A program made the position numbers and the translations under genes. Positions 30,501 to 43,874 of a stretch of 64,000 bases of DNA are shown here, in pieces. The notes under the pieces are model-generated. The model was not told the DNA's origin. It saw only the letters and a list, made by a program, of their open reading frames with translations, and searched no databases. Numbering within the stretch: position 1 is the first letter of the stretch; each line of letters opens with the position of its first letter. Origin of the DNA: Vicugna vicugna (taxonomy: Eukaryota). The stretch lies in NCBI GenBank assembly GCA_013265495.1, contig MU058010.1:347145-411144 (forward strand), given 5' to 3'.

Positions 30501-30893
30501 TTTTATGGGCTGAATTCTGTCCCCATATATTGAAGTCCTTCAGACGCTGAAGCTTTAACTCCTTACCTCAGAATGTGACTGTATACAGAGATGGGGCCTT
30601 TCACTTGGTGATTAAGTTAAGCTGGGGTCCATAAGCTTGGCTCTAATATAATCTGACCTTCATCCTTATAGAGGGAATTTGGACACACAGAGAGACGTCA
30701 GGGGTGCACATACATAGAAGACCAGCCACGTGGGAACAGAACAGGAGGGTGGCAATCTGCAAGCCAAGGGGAGAGGCTTCAGAGGAAGCCAGGCTTGTCA
30801 GCATTTTGGTCTTGACTCTAGAACTGTGCAAAATAACTTCTAAGCCGCCCGATCTGTGACATTTTGTGACGGCAGCCCTAGCAAACTAATGTA
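30501..30893 (+). mobile_element. MLT1-family (MaLR) solo LTR
   Basis: Starts ttatgggctgaattctgtcccc, contains cctcagaatgtgactgtat and ctgcaagccaaggggagaggcttcaga, ends ggcagccctagcaaactaat. Confidence 0.9.
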
Positions 30894-32833
30894 ATCCCTT
30901 AAGATATTTTTCTTGTTTAGTTTTTTGGCTTTAGAATAGAGTGACCTATACTGAATGATTTTTTACTTTATCAGATAATTTGAAGAAACAGTCGTAGACC
31001 TGCTGTGTTGGACATTCACTAGTGATCAGTTTAGTAATACCAAAGGTTCTTGTACAAACCATGAATTACCATGTTATTTTAAATAATTACAAGTATGCCT
31101 CAATTCCTTCTTAGACATGACTCACTAATTAGTACATGTGTAAGGGAATATCGAGGCATTCTAAATAAATATATTCATGAGCATTCACATTTAATTTTTA
31201 GGGTTAGAGTGATGGCATCTCCTGGATTTTATTTTAGAATACATTCATTTACACAGCACTAAGTACGCTAAGGTTTTGCTTTGTTTTATCATTTCTTTTA
31301 CTCACTATGTGCCTTCCTTAATTTCTTTACCACTTCTCCCTATTTTGCTACTATAATAGTTGTAATTTTCCTATAAGCAGGTAGCTGATAAGACTAGTAA
31401 CGCTCTAAATTATCTGTTGACACTTTTCCAGAAAAGACTTCAGATATGAACAGATAGATGGTGGTACCTTCTTTCTCCAGTTAGCCTGTGGAAGCAGGGG
31501 AAATATTTGATGTCTCCTACTTGAGTAGCACTGATCTACATATAGATGGAGAGCGAGAAGCTACATCTGGAAAGCTAGTCTATAATTCCTGTGTGGTTAG
31601 GTCTCAGTGATCTATTTTGACGATCTGTAGCCATCTAGTAAGTATACTGAGGAACTGTAAAACAATATTAATATTACTACAAGCCAAATACAATAAAAAT
31701 GAGTTTATTTAAAAAATGCAATTCACATGTAGATTTTCATATACTTAATAAAAGGCTGTATATTTAAAACTTTACATTCAGCAAATTCACACTATTTACG
31801 TAAAAAGGTATGAAGAAATATAACTGGGCCATTCACATGGTAATTACAGGATTTAAGGAAAATATTTAAGGTGCACTGGGAGGGCAGCATACTGGTAAAG
31901 AGCCACAAGGTCCAAGCTGTTTGATAAACCACATTTTATGTAAATCCTGCCCCTTATTTCCAAGGATCTATGTAGAGTTGGCATCAGAAGTTTGAATTGG
32001 AGACTTGCATCTGTGACATTGTATTGCACTGTTTTATGGTACAAATATAAACAATTTTGAAAGGCAGTAGAATAGCATATAGGAAAAACATGGCCAAAAC
32101 CCCCAGAAGGATTAAGGATTCTGTAGACTGACATTGAGGAACAGTAGGCATGGAGGAACTACTTGCAGCTAAAGATTGCTTTTTGAGATACTGAGCTAAG
32201 AGCATTTCCTGAATTGGCTGCTGCTTGGGCTGATGGATGACGATGAAGAAGAAAACCATGTCAGGAAGACCTCTATATCTTTTTGGAGGTTAGCAGACTG
32301 CGAGTGGCATCAGTATAGCATTAATCTTTTCAAGAAATGAACAGTTTACAGTGTTTGCAGATTTTTTGGCCAGCCACAGAGTTGAAATAGCTATTTGAAC
32401 AGTTCCATCAGTGTCACCTGTGAGCCATCGCTGATATCAAGTAACAGGGCAGGCTCAACAGTGACGGCCAAGGTCTTGGAGCTCTGTTAGACCACTGGCT
32501 GAGAAGCAGTATTTACTGCCCTTCAGTTCTGCAGCATGAAGTGGGAAATTACAAACTGGGTAGATGAAAGAAAATTTCAGAATGAGGGCAATTTCAGAAT
32601 GAGGGCATTCTGAAGGATGGCTTAACATGACAAATCTGTATGCTGCAAGAAGCCTAAGCGGTGGATGGAGCAAACACAGTTACAGCTGTCTGCAGAACCT
32701 CACCGTTCACAAGGTCGACATGAACTAACCAGGTGAACGGTCATGGAGGTGCTCAGATGCTGAAGGTGGAGCTGCCACTGCTTCCTAAAATGCGACTGTG
32801 TTTATGCAGCTTACAGGATCTTAAGTTAGTAGT

Positions 32834-33256
32834 TGTATTGTTTCCTAGGGCTGCCATAACCTATCACCACATACCAGTTCGCTCTAAACAACGTAAATGC
32901 ATTCTGTAACTGTTTAGAAATTCAGAAATCTGAGATCAAGGTGCTGGTAGGATGGATTCCTTCTGGAGCCTCTCGGGAGGAACCATCCAATGCCTTCCTC
33001 TTAGCTGCTAGTGGCTGCCAGCAATCCTTGGCTTTCCTCTGCCTCCGTTTTCATACTGCTTTCCTTGGTGTCTATATCCTCACCTCTCCTTATAAGGACA
33101 ACCGTTATTTGATTTAGGTCCTACTCTAAATCCAGGGTGATTTCATCTCAAGAACCTTGACTAATTCTCTCTGCAAAGATCCTGTCTCAAAAGAAGTCAC
33201 GTTCTGATGTTCTGGGTGGACATGGAATTTGGAAGGACACTGTTCAGCCCACTACG
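32834..33256 (-). mobile_element. MLT1-family (MaLR) solo LTR
   Basis: tgtattgtttcctagggctgccataac...tctgagatcaaggtg...gacactgttcagcccactac; same family as 4152-4603. Confidence 0.88.
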
Positions 33257-33619
33257 GTCATCCTTGTCATCACTTGCATAACTGCATGGAGGCAGCACCG
33301 TCATCTCTGATGGATTCATTCATCTTTATGAGACAGTTAAGGGCAACTGCACTGATGGTATATATATATGGAAAGCATTTACTTTATGTTGTGAAATGTT
33401 TTGGTGTTTAAGGGTTATTGTTGATGACCCTGTGAAATACCTTTTTCTTCTATCACTGTATGCAAATAATAGTTAAAATTGAAATTCGTAATATGCCTCT
33501 GAATTTAAGGAATTTTCATTGACAGGCAGTGACAATTACAGTAATTTCAGTAAGTGATTCTGTGGGTAAAATAAAAATGTGATCTAGATTCTAAAGGCAT
33601 TATATTACGGGAGAGGATG

Positions 33620-33850
33620 TTACTACAACCATAGACTCTGAAACTAGTCAACTGGGGTTCAAACCCTAACTGTGCCCATTACTAGAGGTGTAACCTTGAA
33701 TGAGTTTCTTATCCTAAGACTCAGCTTTCTTATGTATAAAATGAGGATAATAGTATTTAATTTAGAGGTTTGTTGTGAGGAATAAATAGCTTTACATGTG
33801 TAAATATAAAGCTTGTATGGCCCCTAGTAAGCACTGTGTGAATATTCTCA
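33620..33850 (+). mobile_element. MIR SINE
   Basis: gggttcaaaccct...gtaaccttgaatgagt...tcagctttcttatgtataaaatgaggataatagta...gttgtgagga. Confidence 0.75.
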
Positions 33851-34874
33851 GCATTTGTTGTAGTTTTTGTTGATGTTGTATTTCAGTGCTTATTTCTTGT
33901 TCACACACATCTGCCTATGCTATCATTAGTGATGCAGGTAAACATGGATCTCTGAATAATACGTTGTTATAGAATTTTAATATAGATTCTCAAGAGTTGT
34001 TTTGGTTGGTTGAATAGAATAAAAGTCGTCTTGCCTGAAACTTATGCAAGCTTTAGACTACAGGACCAAGGATTCTGTAGATTTAGGTTACTGAAAAACT
34101 TTTGCACTTGTCTGAAAATTAGAGAACGCTGTGCATATTGGAAGTGGCACAAATCGTAAATGTACAGCTCAGTGCCTTTTCACCAGTTGGACTTAGGAGA
34201 CTGGGGAATGGAGTATGGAAAATGGATTCCATTTACCCTTCTGTGCTTCAGCCTAAGACACTCTATTTTTATTTTCTATTTCATATTTTGAGCTTTGATA
34301 TAAGATTTCTTTTGAAAAAGGGTTTCTACTACTAAACAACCTTTGAAAACAACTAGTCTCCAGCAACTCGTCAACAACTGACAGTTATTTTATTTTCTAG
34401 AGGTGTTTGCTTGGTAGGCAAAATCAAATTTACCAGCCCAGAATTATTAAGGAATGTGACGTGGAAATACGAACCAACACTGACGATAAATAATAGAAGT
34501 GATAGAAACATCTAAAAAGATGTTTACTCACTTTTGTAGGAAAGCCTAAAGAAAATGTCTTCTTGGATAATCTTCCCCTCTCCCCTCAGAAGTATAGATT
34601 TAAAATTGATCAGTCAGGAGCCCGTTGTGTCATGTAAATATGTCTGTCAGCATGATGACAGCTTTTCAGCAGCTGTCTGTCAAACTACATATTTTATGGA
34701 AAAAAGAACTAGTATTCATTTATAGTTTTTGATATGTTTTGACCTTGTAAGAACCCTTTCCAAAAAGATTATTAATCTCTCTCTGCAAAGCAGACACTTG
34801 TCTTAGGCACTTAAATTAATAAGGGTTAGACTAACTTTGAGTGGCAGAGAAAAATAACAATGACTTATATAAGA

Positions 34875-35830
34875 TCCATTTATTCATTATTTCATGAGTT
34901 GTTTTCGAATGTCTTTTGTGTCTTGAGCACCATTTGAGGTACAGGATAGAGGACTTGAACATAAGAAGAAGTTTCTGCTCTCTTGAAGTTTACATTTTGG
35001 GTGGCGGATACAGAAGATAAACCAAAGAAAGAAGTCAATGTAGATCATGTCAGGTGGTTAGCTCTGGGATTCTAAGCCAGGGTGTTTTGTCTGAATTTTT
35101 TGTTTGTTTGTTTTTTTGGAATGTTAGGTTAAGAGGTCAGGGAAGGCTCCATAGAGAAGAGAAGGTGACCTTTGCGTGAAAACCTGACCGATGTGTGAGG
35201 AGGCAAGACGAGACACGTGAGAGAAGCCTTCCAGGCAGAGCGAAGAGCAGGTGCAGAAGCCCTAGATGTAGGCATGAGACTGGGTGGCAGGGGGTGGAGC
35301 GGGCTGCATAGTAGAGATGCGGTCAGAGAGGTAACAGATTCTACATTATTGGCTATTGTAAGGATTTTGACTTTGCTCTGAGATGGGAAGTTGTTGGAAG
35401 GCTTTTGAGCAGAAGAGTGATATCTGACTTGCATTTTCAGAAGATTGCTTTGGCTGCTGCGTTGTGGGGGAAATGCATAGAACCAACGGCAGAAGCAGTG
35501 AAACCACTTGGATGCTGTGCTAATAATCTGGGAGAGACAGAATGTTGGCTGGGACCAGGAGGAGGTAGCAAGGGACGTGAGAAGGACTTAGGTAATGCGT
35601 CTGCTTGAAGGTAGAACCAACAGGACTTATTCTGTGATTAGGTGTCTGGGATACAAGAGAAAGAACATAGTCATGCCACCAATCATGTACTGAGATGTCG
35701 GAGCAGATTCCAGGAGAGAGATGAGTTCCAATTTGAAAATGTAAGTTTAAGATGCCTATTAAACGTCAAGTAAAGATTCAGCAGGCAGTTAGAGTTCAGG
35801 GAAAAGATATAAGCAGGACAAAAATTTGTA
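34875..35830 (-). mobile_element. L2 LINE 3' portion
   Basis: Starts with an antisense L2 tail (catttattcatt). Contains ggtcagggaaggctcc, ggcttttgagcagaagagtgatatctgacttgcatttt and gatgcctattaaacgtcaagt. Confidence 0.85.
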
Positions 35831-36239
35831 ATTTTTCAAGTTCAGAGATAGGCAGCCCAGGACTTGCTAGATGCATGGTCTCCAATAACCACACATGAAA
35901 ACTCCTAATTTGCAAGTCAGTCAGTCTGTCCTTACTATTCACAGTGGGACGCATTGAAAGCAGTGACACCTCCCTCCCAACACGTGCACACGAAATCATT
36001 ATCCTGAGGGACCATTTTGAATATTGCTAGAAGTATCTCTGTTATGGGCCTCTTTAGTTTAATATTTACCATGTTCTTGAACATCTTATTTGTAGAAAGG
36101 AAGTTCCAAATTCTTATAGGTAAACATGATTTTCTGTTAGATAAGCTTCTCCCACTGGTACTGTTTTCTTTTCTAAAAAGCTTGTTATGTTTTTAAGGCC
36201 CTCTTTATAGTAACAACAGCAAAACCCTCATTGCATGTA

Positions 36240-36745
36240 CAGGTCTTCCTCCACTTACGCTGATGTTACATCCAGATAAACCCATTGCAAATTGAAAATA
36301 CCATATATTGAAAATGCATTGAATATACCTAACTTCCTGAACATCATAGCTTAGCCTGGTCTAATTTACCCACATTCAGAACATTACATTAACCTCCAGG
36401 TGGGCTAAATCATCTAACACAAAGTCTAATTTATAATAAAGTGTTGAAAAGCTCATGTAACTTATTGAATACTGCGCTGAAAGTGAAATACAGAATGGTT
36501 CTTTGGGTGCAGAATGGTTGTTAAGTGTATCCGTTATTCACCCTCATGGTGATCGTGTGACTAGCTGGGAGCTGCGGCTCACTGCCCTGCCCAGCATCAC
36601 CAGAGAGTGTGTACCACATACTGCTAGGCCGGGGAAAGATCAAAATTCAAAGTCCAAAGTCCGGTTTCTATTGAATTTCTATAGCTTTCCCCACCGTGGT
36701 AAAGTTGGAAAATCCTTAGGTGGAACATAAGTCAGGGATCATCTG
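36240..36745 (+). mobile_element. MER47/Tigger5-like Tc1-mariner (Tigger) non-autonomous transposon
   Basis: TA on both flanks (36238-36239, 36746-36747) with inverted ends caggtcttcctccactta / taagtcagggatcatctg. Internal aacatcatagcttagcct and aaatcatctaacacaaag match the recalled MER47 consensus. Confidence 0.88.
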
Positions 36746-37739
36746 TAACAGAGTAAATTAGTTAGGGACTGCAAACTATAACGTATTATTATATGGGGTC
36801 CCATCAAGAGTCAGAACAAGGGGCAGAAGGAATAGCTGAGCAGAAGAAGGCAAGCTGAGGCTGACTGGCCAGTCACTAAGCATTCCTTCTTTCAATTTAT
36901 ACCTTTGTTTTGAGCCAAACTGCAAATTGTTTTGAGTTTGTGCTGTTTTACCATCTTATTTCAGTTTTATACTTTTTCGTCAACATAATGGGTTATATAA
37001 TGATATTCTAGAACTTAGATTTTGTTCTAGGTCTACTTAACATTAAGGATTCTTCAAAATGCTACTGAAGTTTTTGTCCATCTTGTCCATCCGGTTTATT
37101 ATTTTTACCTTTCAGTTGTGAAATATTCTTACAGTTTTGTTAAATACCTTTATTATTACAATCATCTACGAAAAATTACTACGTCAAGAGCCTGAAATGC
37201 TATAGTCCCTAGTTTTTCTCACAAAATAATTGTGTCTAGGAGCGCAGGAAGGTTAGCTTGAATGTTTACATTGTTTTCTGATAATAAGTTGTTGTTTAAG
37301 AGTTTTTTAAAGAAATCAATTTCCCTGTAATATATCATTGGTACATATGAATGAATGTGACATTTCTTAGTAAGTTTGTTATGAAATAATGACCAACACC
37401 TCCAGGAGATATTCATAGATGATTATTATTTAATTGAAAATATTTCTTAAATATATGTAATCTCTTCTTTTTCATTTGAAATCTTTCCATGGTAAGTCAT
37501 AGAGGCCATTGTATTACAGAAAGCCTATTTTCATGGTTTCTGTAAACCTAAATATTTATAGTTGTGATTTTAACTTTTGTGCAAAGCTTCTCTAGCACCT
37601 CTAGTGTATAATTATCATAATGACTAGGCACCTGGAGAAAAGTCTGTATCTGGGATTGCAAGGTTTTAGATATTTAATCCGTTGTATTTTTCCCATTTCA
37701 TTTTTAATGCTTTTATCTCAAGAGGTAAAAGTTAAATGT

Positions 37740-38520
37740 GAAATCCATTCCTTCAACAAACATTTGAGTTTCTGCACTATGTTATCTAACTGAAGGAAAA
37801 AAGATGAATAAAATACGGTTGTCTTCCCTTTGAAATTCCCAGTCATTGGGAGAGGAAGACACATAAAAAGACAGAAGTAATAGAGTGTAGTAATTGCAAA
37901 GACAGAGGTAATTACCAGGGAAGATGGTTGGGACCTCATCGGGAGCCTGACTGGAGTTTTGGACTCTAATTGTACAGTGTGAATAGGAGTGACTTGGGTG
38001 GAATGGGCAAGGCAAATAGTCATGTTATTTCCAAATTCAGGTACGGAATCGATGAAAGGGGTGGAGGGAAGGAAACCATAAGCAGGACTTTGACTTGGGA
38101 GTAAAGTGTGAATATGAAATAGAACCACACCAGGTTGAGGGTGGAACTCAGGTTACCGTCTGGTTTTAAGCAAGGAAGGTACATATTTAAATTAATGTTT
38201 TTCTGGAAACCCCCATGTACCGTATGGAGAAGGCACTGAGAGAAACTGTAGGAGACCAGAGGTCAGAGAAGAGGTAAGTGTCCCAGATGTCTTGAATAGT
38301 GTTCAGCCTAGCAAGGCTTCGGTCCTATTTGTCAAGTAAAATGTGAGGGATGTCATAATCCTTTGGATCTGAGAGTTCAGGACGGGAAGGGTCAAGACTA
38401 GCAGGTTTCTAGAGTGGGAAACAGGATTTATGGTTTTGCTTCCCACTGCTGTGAGATTACAGGTGGACAGTTGACTGAGGGCAGAGACACATAGCATTTG
38501 AGGTGACCCAGGTGTGTCCT
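37740..38520 (-). mobile_element. L2 LINE fragment
   Basis: Antisense L2 tail cattccttcaacaaacatttgag followed by degenerate purine-rich L2 body. Confidence 0.6.
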
Positions 38521-39983
38521 GTCTGACTGAATATTAACTGAGTAAAATGCAAAAGTTGAAATTGCCTTTAAAAAACTAGTCAACTCTGATGATGGCTGTG
38601 TTTTGTTATTTCTAAATAATGAAAAGGAATTTAAAAATACAATTAATTTCTTGATCAAGAAATGTGACAAAGTTGAAAGATAAAATTTATACACAGGTCA
38701 CATACAGAGATACCAGTATTAACACTTTTTTGAGGGTGTACAATTGAAAATTCTCTGCTCTACTTGGGATTTCTAATATAAAAAAATTACAGTCACTGAC
38801 CTCAAAGAACTTGACATATGAGAAAAATGTGGCTAAAATTATGTTTGACGATGTATAAGGGTACTATCTTTTTAAATATAATTGCTGAAAAAGAAAAACA
38901 CCAAGGAAATTCTTAAATGCTCTTCAGTTTTACCCATCAGATTGCCCCAAACATTGGATTATATTTTATTTGCCTAGAACTTGCACACACATTTCTCCCT
39001 TCCACTTTCTCTCTTCTAGTGCTTTGGTCTTTATTTGAAAACCAGCAGTGATAAGTTGGTCAATTACACTTAAATCCTCTTAACTGTAATGTACAAATAA
39101 TGTAATCATATAGTGCTGATGAAGCTTAAGTAATGGCTTACTGGGATTTCCATCTGTAGAGTGCCCACAGAACCATTTTTACAAAAAATAAATTGGTATT
39201 TTATACATTGCATTTTCTTCAGAAAATCTGGAGAAAGGGATCACTCATATTTCTGTAATAGTTCAACACTGCTTGTTGAATGCAAAACCATCTTTTAAGA
39301 CAGCCTTCTTATTCTGTAAGATGTCAGCCTTAAATGTTTGAATATGCCCCAGACCTGCCTAACATCCCAAACACTTTGCTCTTGAAATTTGTACCTTTTC
39401 TTTTTAGCCTGACTTCCACAACACTGTTCCTGGCATGCTGATGGTGATGGTGATGATTTTTTTTCATTTCCTTTATTTTAATAATACTTACTTCAGTCTT
39501 AAGGTCTTCATTTTTTTTTGAATTCTAAGAATAAGAATAAGATCTCATAATATATATATATTTTTTAAATCTTCATCCTATATTATAGCATTTGTTCTTT
39601 TATGAAATATCTGGGAGGTCAAAATGGAGGAGAGAGTCTTCCTATTTCACTTATGTGGAAATTGAGGCAGTGAGAAGTTGCTTCAAATCAGTGATAGAAT
39701 GTAGTCCCTGACCCATTGGCTACCAGTGAGTTGGAAAAGACTCAAAGGATCACTTAGTAAGTCTTTCCATCTCGACCCGAAGCCCTTCTCTCATCCCGCC
39801 AAGAAGCACTCACTCCCTGGGATGGCTCCCGTTCAATTAATTACAAGCATTGGCCTCCCCTAAGAGCAGCCCAGGCTGTTAGGCAGTTCTGAGGATTACA
39901 GCTCCTAAGTCAAAGTACTCCTCTTACACCTCCTCACAGGTACTGGGGTTCTGCCTTCTGACCAGACATGCCTTCTGTGTCCA

Positions 39984-40750
39984 TGTGGTAGGGTAAAACA
40001 TGCGTATTTGGTCTTTCTCCTGGTTCCTAAAATCATTCTTAAATGTTAGTAGTGTATTTTGTATGCTAATAAGATGACTCAGTCCAGATGAGGGGGTAGC
40101 CAGCCTGGGGAACTACAGGATGGGGCGACTGGTTGACAGAGGTACCAGCCTTGTGATTAGAGGGTTAAAACTTCCAGCCCACCCTCTGACCTCCAGTTCA
40201 GTCACCAGCAGCCAGCAATGTAATCATTCACACCTGTGTTGTGAAGCTTTGATGAGACTCCGAAACAGTGAAACAACGAGGCTAAGGGAGCTTCTATTGT
40301 AGTGAACACATGGATGTGCTGGAAGGGTGGTGTCCCTGGAGAGGGCTTGGAAGCTCTGTGCTAACTCCCCCTCCCAATTCCTGGTCCTATGCGTGTCTTC
40401 CATTTGGCTGTTCCTGAGTTATATCCTTTATAATAAAAAAACTATAATAGCAAGTATAGTAATTTCCTGAGTTCTGAGTCATCCTGGCAAATTACAGAAA
40501 TTAAATGGGGAGATGGGAAAGGCATAAGAACACCTGAACTTATAGTTGGTTAGAAGTATGGGTGATCCCTGGGACTTGTGACTGTCCTCTGAAGTGAGGG
40601 CAGTCTTGTGGGACTAAGTCTTTAAACCTGTGGGGTCTGTGCTAATTCCAAGCAGTGGGTGTCAGACGTGAAGTGAATTGGGAAACATTCAGTTGGTGCT
40701 GGAGAATTGGTAGGTATTACAGTTGATGTATTAGGTGTCAGGAAAAAAAA
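39984..40750 (+). mobile_element. MER21-like solo LTR
   Basis: accagccttgtgattagagggttaaaacttccagccc, tcttccatttggctgttcctgagttatatcctttataataaa (poly-A signal), and gggcagtcttgtgggactaag. Confidence 0.8.
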
Positions 40751-41199
40751 AAGAAAACGAATATTCCAACTGTGTTCCTTCCCATTATTTGCCTTGTACT
40801 TTTTGTTACGTGGGGGTTCCTCAAACTTTTATCTTTTCCCTAGGAATTTCCCAAATTTTATATGTGTGTATAATAAAATTAGATTAGCAGACTTAATTAT
40901 AATGATTTGAGTATGTGATTTTGTTCAGTTGTGCCTTAACACACCATATTTAAATGCTAATTAAAAATATAGTATATCTGTCTTCCATCCAACCATCCAT
41001 CCATCTGCCCATCCAAAATGTGTAAATATGTTTCCCTGGGTTTAGCCATATGTGGATTACTTGTGATTTGCACTGGGCAAGAATGTACACAAAAAAAGCA
41101 GTCATTGTGTGAAAATTATGTACTTAAATGTTGTTACTGACAGGTAGGTAGGGGTTGTAAAAACAAAATGATAATTTCCACAGTTAATAATTTCTGTAT

Positions 41200-41440
41200 A
41201 CCTAAATGGTTGAAAATAAAGTCTGGAATTAAACTGCCCAAGTTCAAATTCTGACCTCACTACTTTTTGATCGTTTAAACTTTTTCTTCACCCTCTCAAT
41301 TCTAGTTTTGTCATCTGTGAAACAGGGTTAATGACAATACCTATTTCATTATGTTCTTGTGAGAATTTAAAAAAATTAATGGAATACTCTTAAGATAGTA
41401 CCTGACATACATAAACATTCAGTAAAAATAATGCTATTAT
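41200..41440 (+). mobile_element. MIR SINE
   Basis: gttcaaattctgacctcactact...tcatctgtgaaacagggttaatgacaatacctatttcat...cctgacatacataaacattcagtaaa. Confidence 0.75.
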
Positions 41441-42148
41441 TATTATTATAATGACCAGTACCATTACAACTACTACTCCTATATTATACTACTAATTTGA
41501 GCTTAATGTATTATAAAGTGATTGTATGGCTTATAAACTTTTCTAAGCACATATTTACGTAATACAATGATTTTATGTGTTTTTGAGCCTTTACTTAATG
41601 AAAAGTTTCAGAGTTTAAGGAAGTAGAAAAGTAATTGAACTACCTGTAAGATTTCTCGAGAAAAGACAGAGGAAATGCTAATGAGACATTAGAAGAGAGG
41701 TCAGATAGACCAGGGGAGCAAAAGCAGTCCCATTTTGTAATGCAGATGGATAGCTCTGAAAGAAGCAAAAACCATTTGGAAATGAGAAGAGTGAATGAAA
41801 CCCAGAGGCCTAGTTAAATAGATGCCTTGGTTGTGAATCACTGACAGACAGAAAATGAAAGAGCATAGAGTAGGAAGTATGCATGGTTACCCCCATGAGC
41901 AGTGCACAGCAAGATCCTGGGCACGGGAGTTATAGATTTAATTCATTAACTCGCTAAAGGCTATCATAATAGAAATATTTATGTACTCCATTATCTGAAT
42001 TACTGTCTCAAATTTAAGGATCACAGGAAGGGGAAACATGAATAGCAAAAAACTATGGAGAAAATATGCACCAGTATAACTTCAGAATGGCTTCACTACT
42101 GTGGGAGCCAAAGGATAAAGTAGCATCATCACTCTGGGGACAAACAAC

Positions 42149-42279
42149 ATTTTTCTTATTGTTGAAGTATAGTCAGTTACAATGTGTCAATTTCTGGTGT
42201 GCAGCATAAGGTCCCAGTCATGCATATATACTTATATTCATTTTCATATTCTTTTTCATTGAAGGTTATTGCAAGATGT
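42149..42279 (-). mobile_element. Very short younger L1 3' end with TSD
   Basis: ttgaagtatagtcagttacaatgtgtcaatttctggtgtgcagca, flanked by acaaacaac at 42140-42148 and 42280-42288. Confidence 0.85.
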
Positions 42280-42865
42280 ACAAACAACTAATACATGTGG
42301 CTCTCTGAAGAATTCCATCATTGGACTTGTTCAATATTGTGTCTGAGAATTAGCTTGCTAATTGCATTTACAATGTAATATGTTAAGGTTTTATTAACAG
42401 GTATTAACATTTTAGAATAGTGAATGTTATTTTGTGTACAACCAGTTTAAAAAACAAAGGAAGAAACTCCATGTTCGAGTAGTTATTTTTCATGCCTCCC
42501 TTTTATTCCATTCTACTGAACCTAGGATGTAGCCATAATTTTTGTTTCATATTTTTTTTCAAATCGGTCCCATTTTTGGGGCATGTAGGTTACTTCCAAG
42601 GATACTCTCGTCCTTATAGGGGAAAGAAATGGCTTGCACCCATTTCTCTGGATTAATCTGAAGTCCCCAAATGGTAGAGTATGTAGAATTATTATGTGTA
42701 TTTTTAAACGTTGTTTTGTATAATTCACATTAATAGGAAGCCAAAGAATTTTTTTTGACTAAAATTCATCTGAAGCTAAAGCAAATATCCAAAAGTTGGT
42801 TTTGGCCACTGTGCCTTCTTTATGTATTGTTAATTCTTATTCCTGATGTCATCTAAAGTTGACTA

Positions 42866-43013
42866 GGAGGGAGGATGTAGCTCAGTAGTAGAATGCTTGC
42901 TTAGCATGCACAAGGTCCTGGGTTCATCTCCCAGCACTGCCACTTAAAAAATAAATAAATAAATAAATATTCCTAATTACCTTCCCCCACCCCAACAACA
43001 ACAACAACAAAAT
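42866..43013 (+). mobile_element. tRNA-Ala(AGC)-derived SINE (camelid vic-1-like)
   Basis: A box tagctcagtagta, anticodon-arm text gcttagcatgc, B box ggttcatctcc, then (taaa)n, cctaattacc and a (caa)n tail. Perfect 12-bp TSD taaagttgacta at 42854-42865 and 43014-43025. Confidence 0.92.
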
Positions 43014-43740
43014 TAAAGTTGACTATGTAAAGATTTTAAGTGGTGATTCTTCATGTCTGTCCTGGTCAGTGGCCAGGACATTCTGGTGGTGCCTTTGTGC
43101 TCTGCTGTACGATTTTTTCCTTCATGTGCACTGTGACAGCAACTTTAAGTCAAGGAAGGAAACTCTTTATTAGTTAATAAACACAGATTGTCTTCAAAGT
43201 ACCAATAAAGAAAGTTTGACATTTGTTCCACGTGTTACTCAAACAGCCTCTGATACCTTTCCATTCCTGTCATGGAAGAGTTCGGACAAGTAGTCACTCT
43301 TTCCTATCTTTTCCATGTGTTCATTGTTCCCTTTTAAATGATCATGATTTGGAAAAATGCTAAAATTATATTGAAATGGGTTTAATTTGAAAAACATAGT
43401 GTTTCTTTGCCGTCTTTGTTTTGAATATACTGATTATTTTGTAATGTTTGTAGAGGTCAAGGACTCTAATTGTAAACAAAATATATTTCTTTAATGTGGT
43501 TTGTTTATGTGAGCTTCTCCTAAATTTCATTTGTCTTAAAGACTCTTATTAAATTTTCTTCACTTCCGGATTTAAAAATTGAAAGGTTTTTAAATTTTTA
43601 ATGAAATTTACCTTGTCTTCATTATTGTAGATTTTCATTATTATTGTAAGGTTTTTCACAAATGTTTTGTTTCTAGAGGGTTTTACTTTTTTTATATTAT
43701 AATTTTGCCCTTTAAAGGCATATAATATTCTCTGTTTTAG

Positions 43741-43865
43741 TTTCTGTAGAAACGCTGGAAAAGAATTTGAAGCAGATGGGAAGGCAGCTTCAACAGCTTG
43801 AGAGAGATTTGACGATCTTTCCCCCTCCTGAGGACTTGCATGATAAGTTTGTGACAAAGATGTCC
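43741..43865 (+). CDS. DIAPH3: DIAPH3 internal coding exon C (125 nt, phase 1/0), ends at a U12-type AT donor
   Basis: Acceptor ttctctgttttag|. With the G from exon B it reads VSVETLEKNLKQMGRQLQQLERDLTIFPPPEDLHDKFVTKMS, followed directly by ATATCCTTT. Confidence 0.95.
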
Positions 43866-43874
43866 ATATCCTTT
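43866..43874 (+). promoter_or_regulatory. U12-type 5' splice site (U11/U6atac recognition)
   Basis: ATATCCTTT immediately follows the last conserved codon (TCC) of exon C. Confidence 0.95.

Noticed and set aside
42866..42945. tRNA-Ala genes (also near 48915-48985 and 57510-57580)
   Set aside because: Mismatched stems, AT-rich tails and target-site duplications identify them as SINE copies, not tRNA genes.
43549..43857. Antisense ORFs over exons (also 10082-10333 and 51977-52165)
   Set aside because: These are shadow ORFs opposite real coding exons, with no independent evidence.
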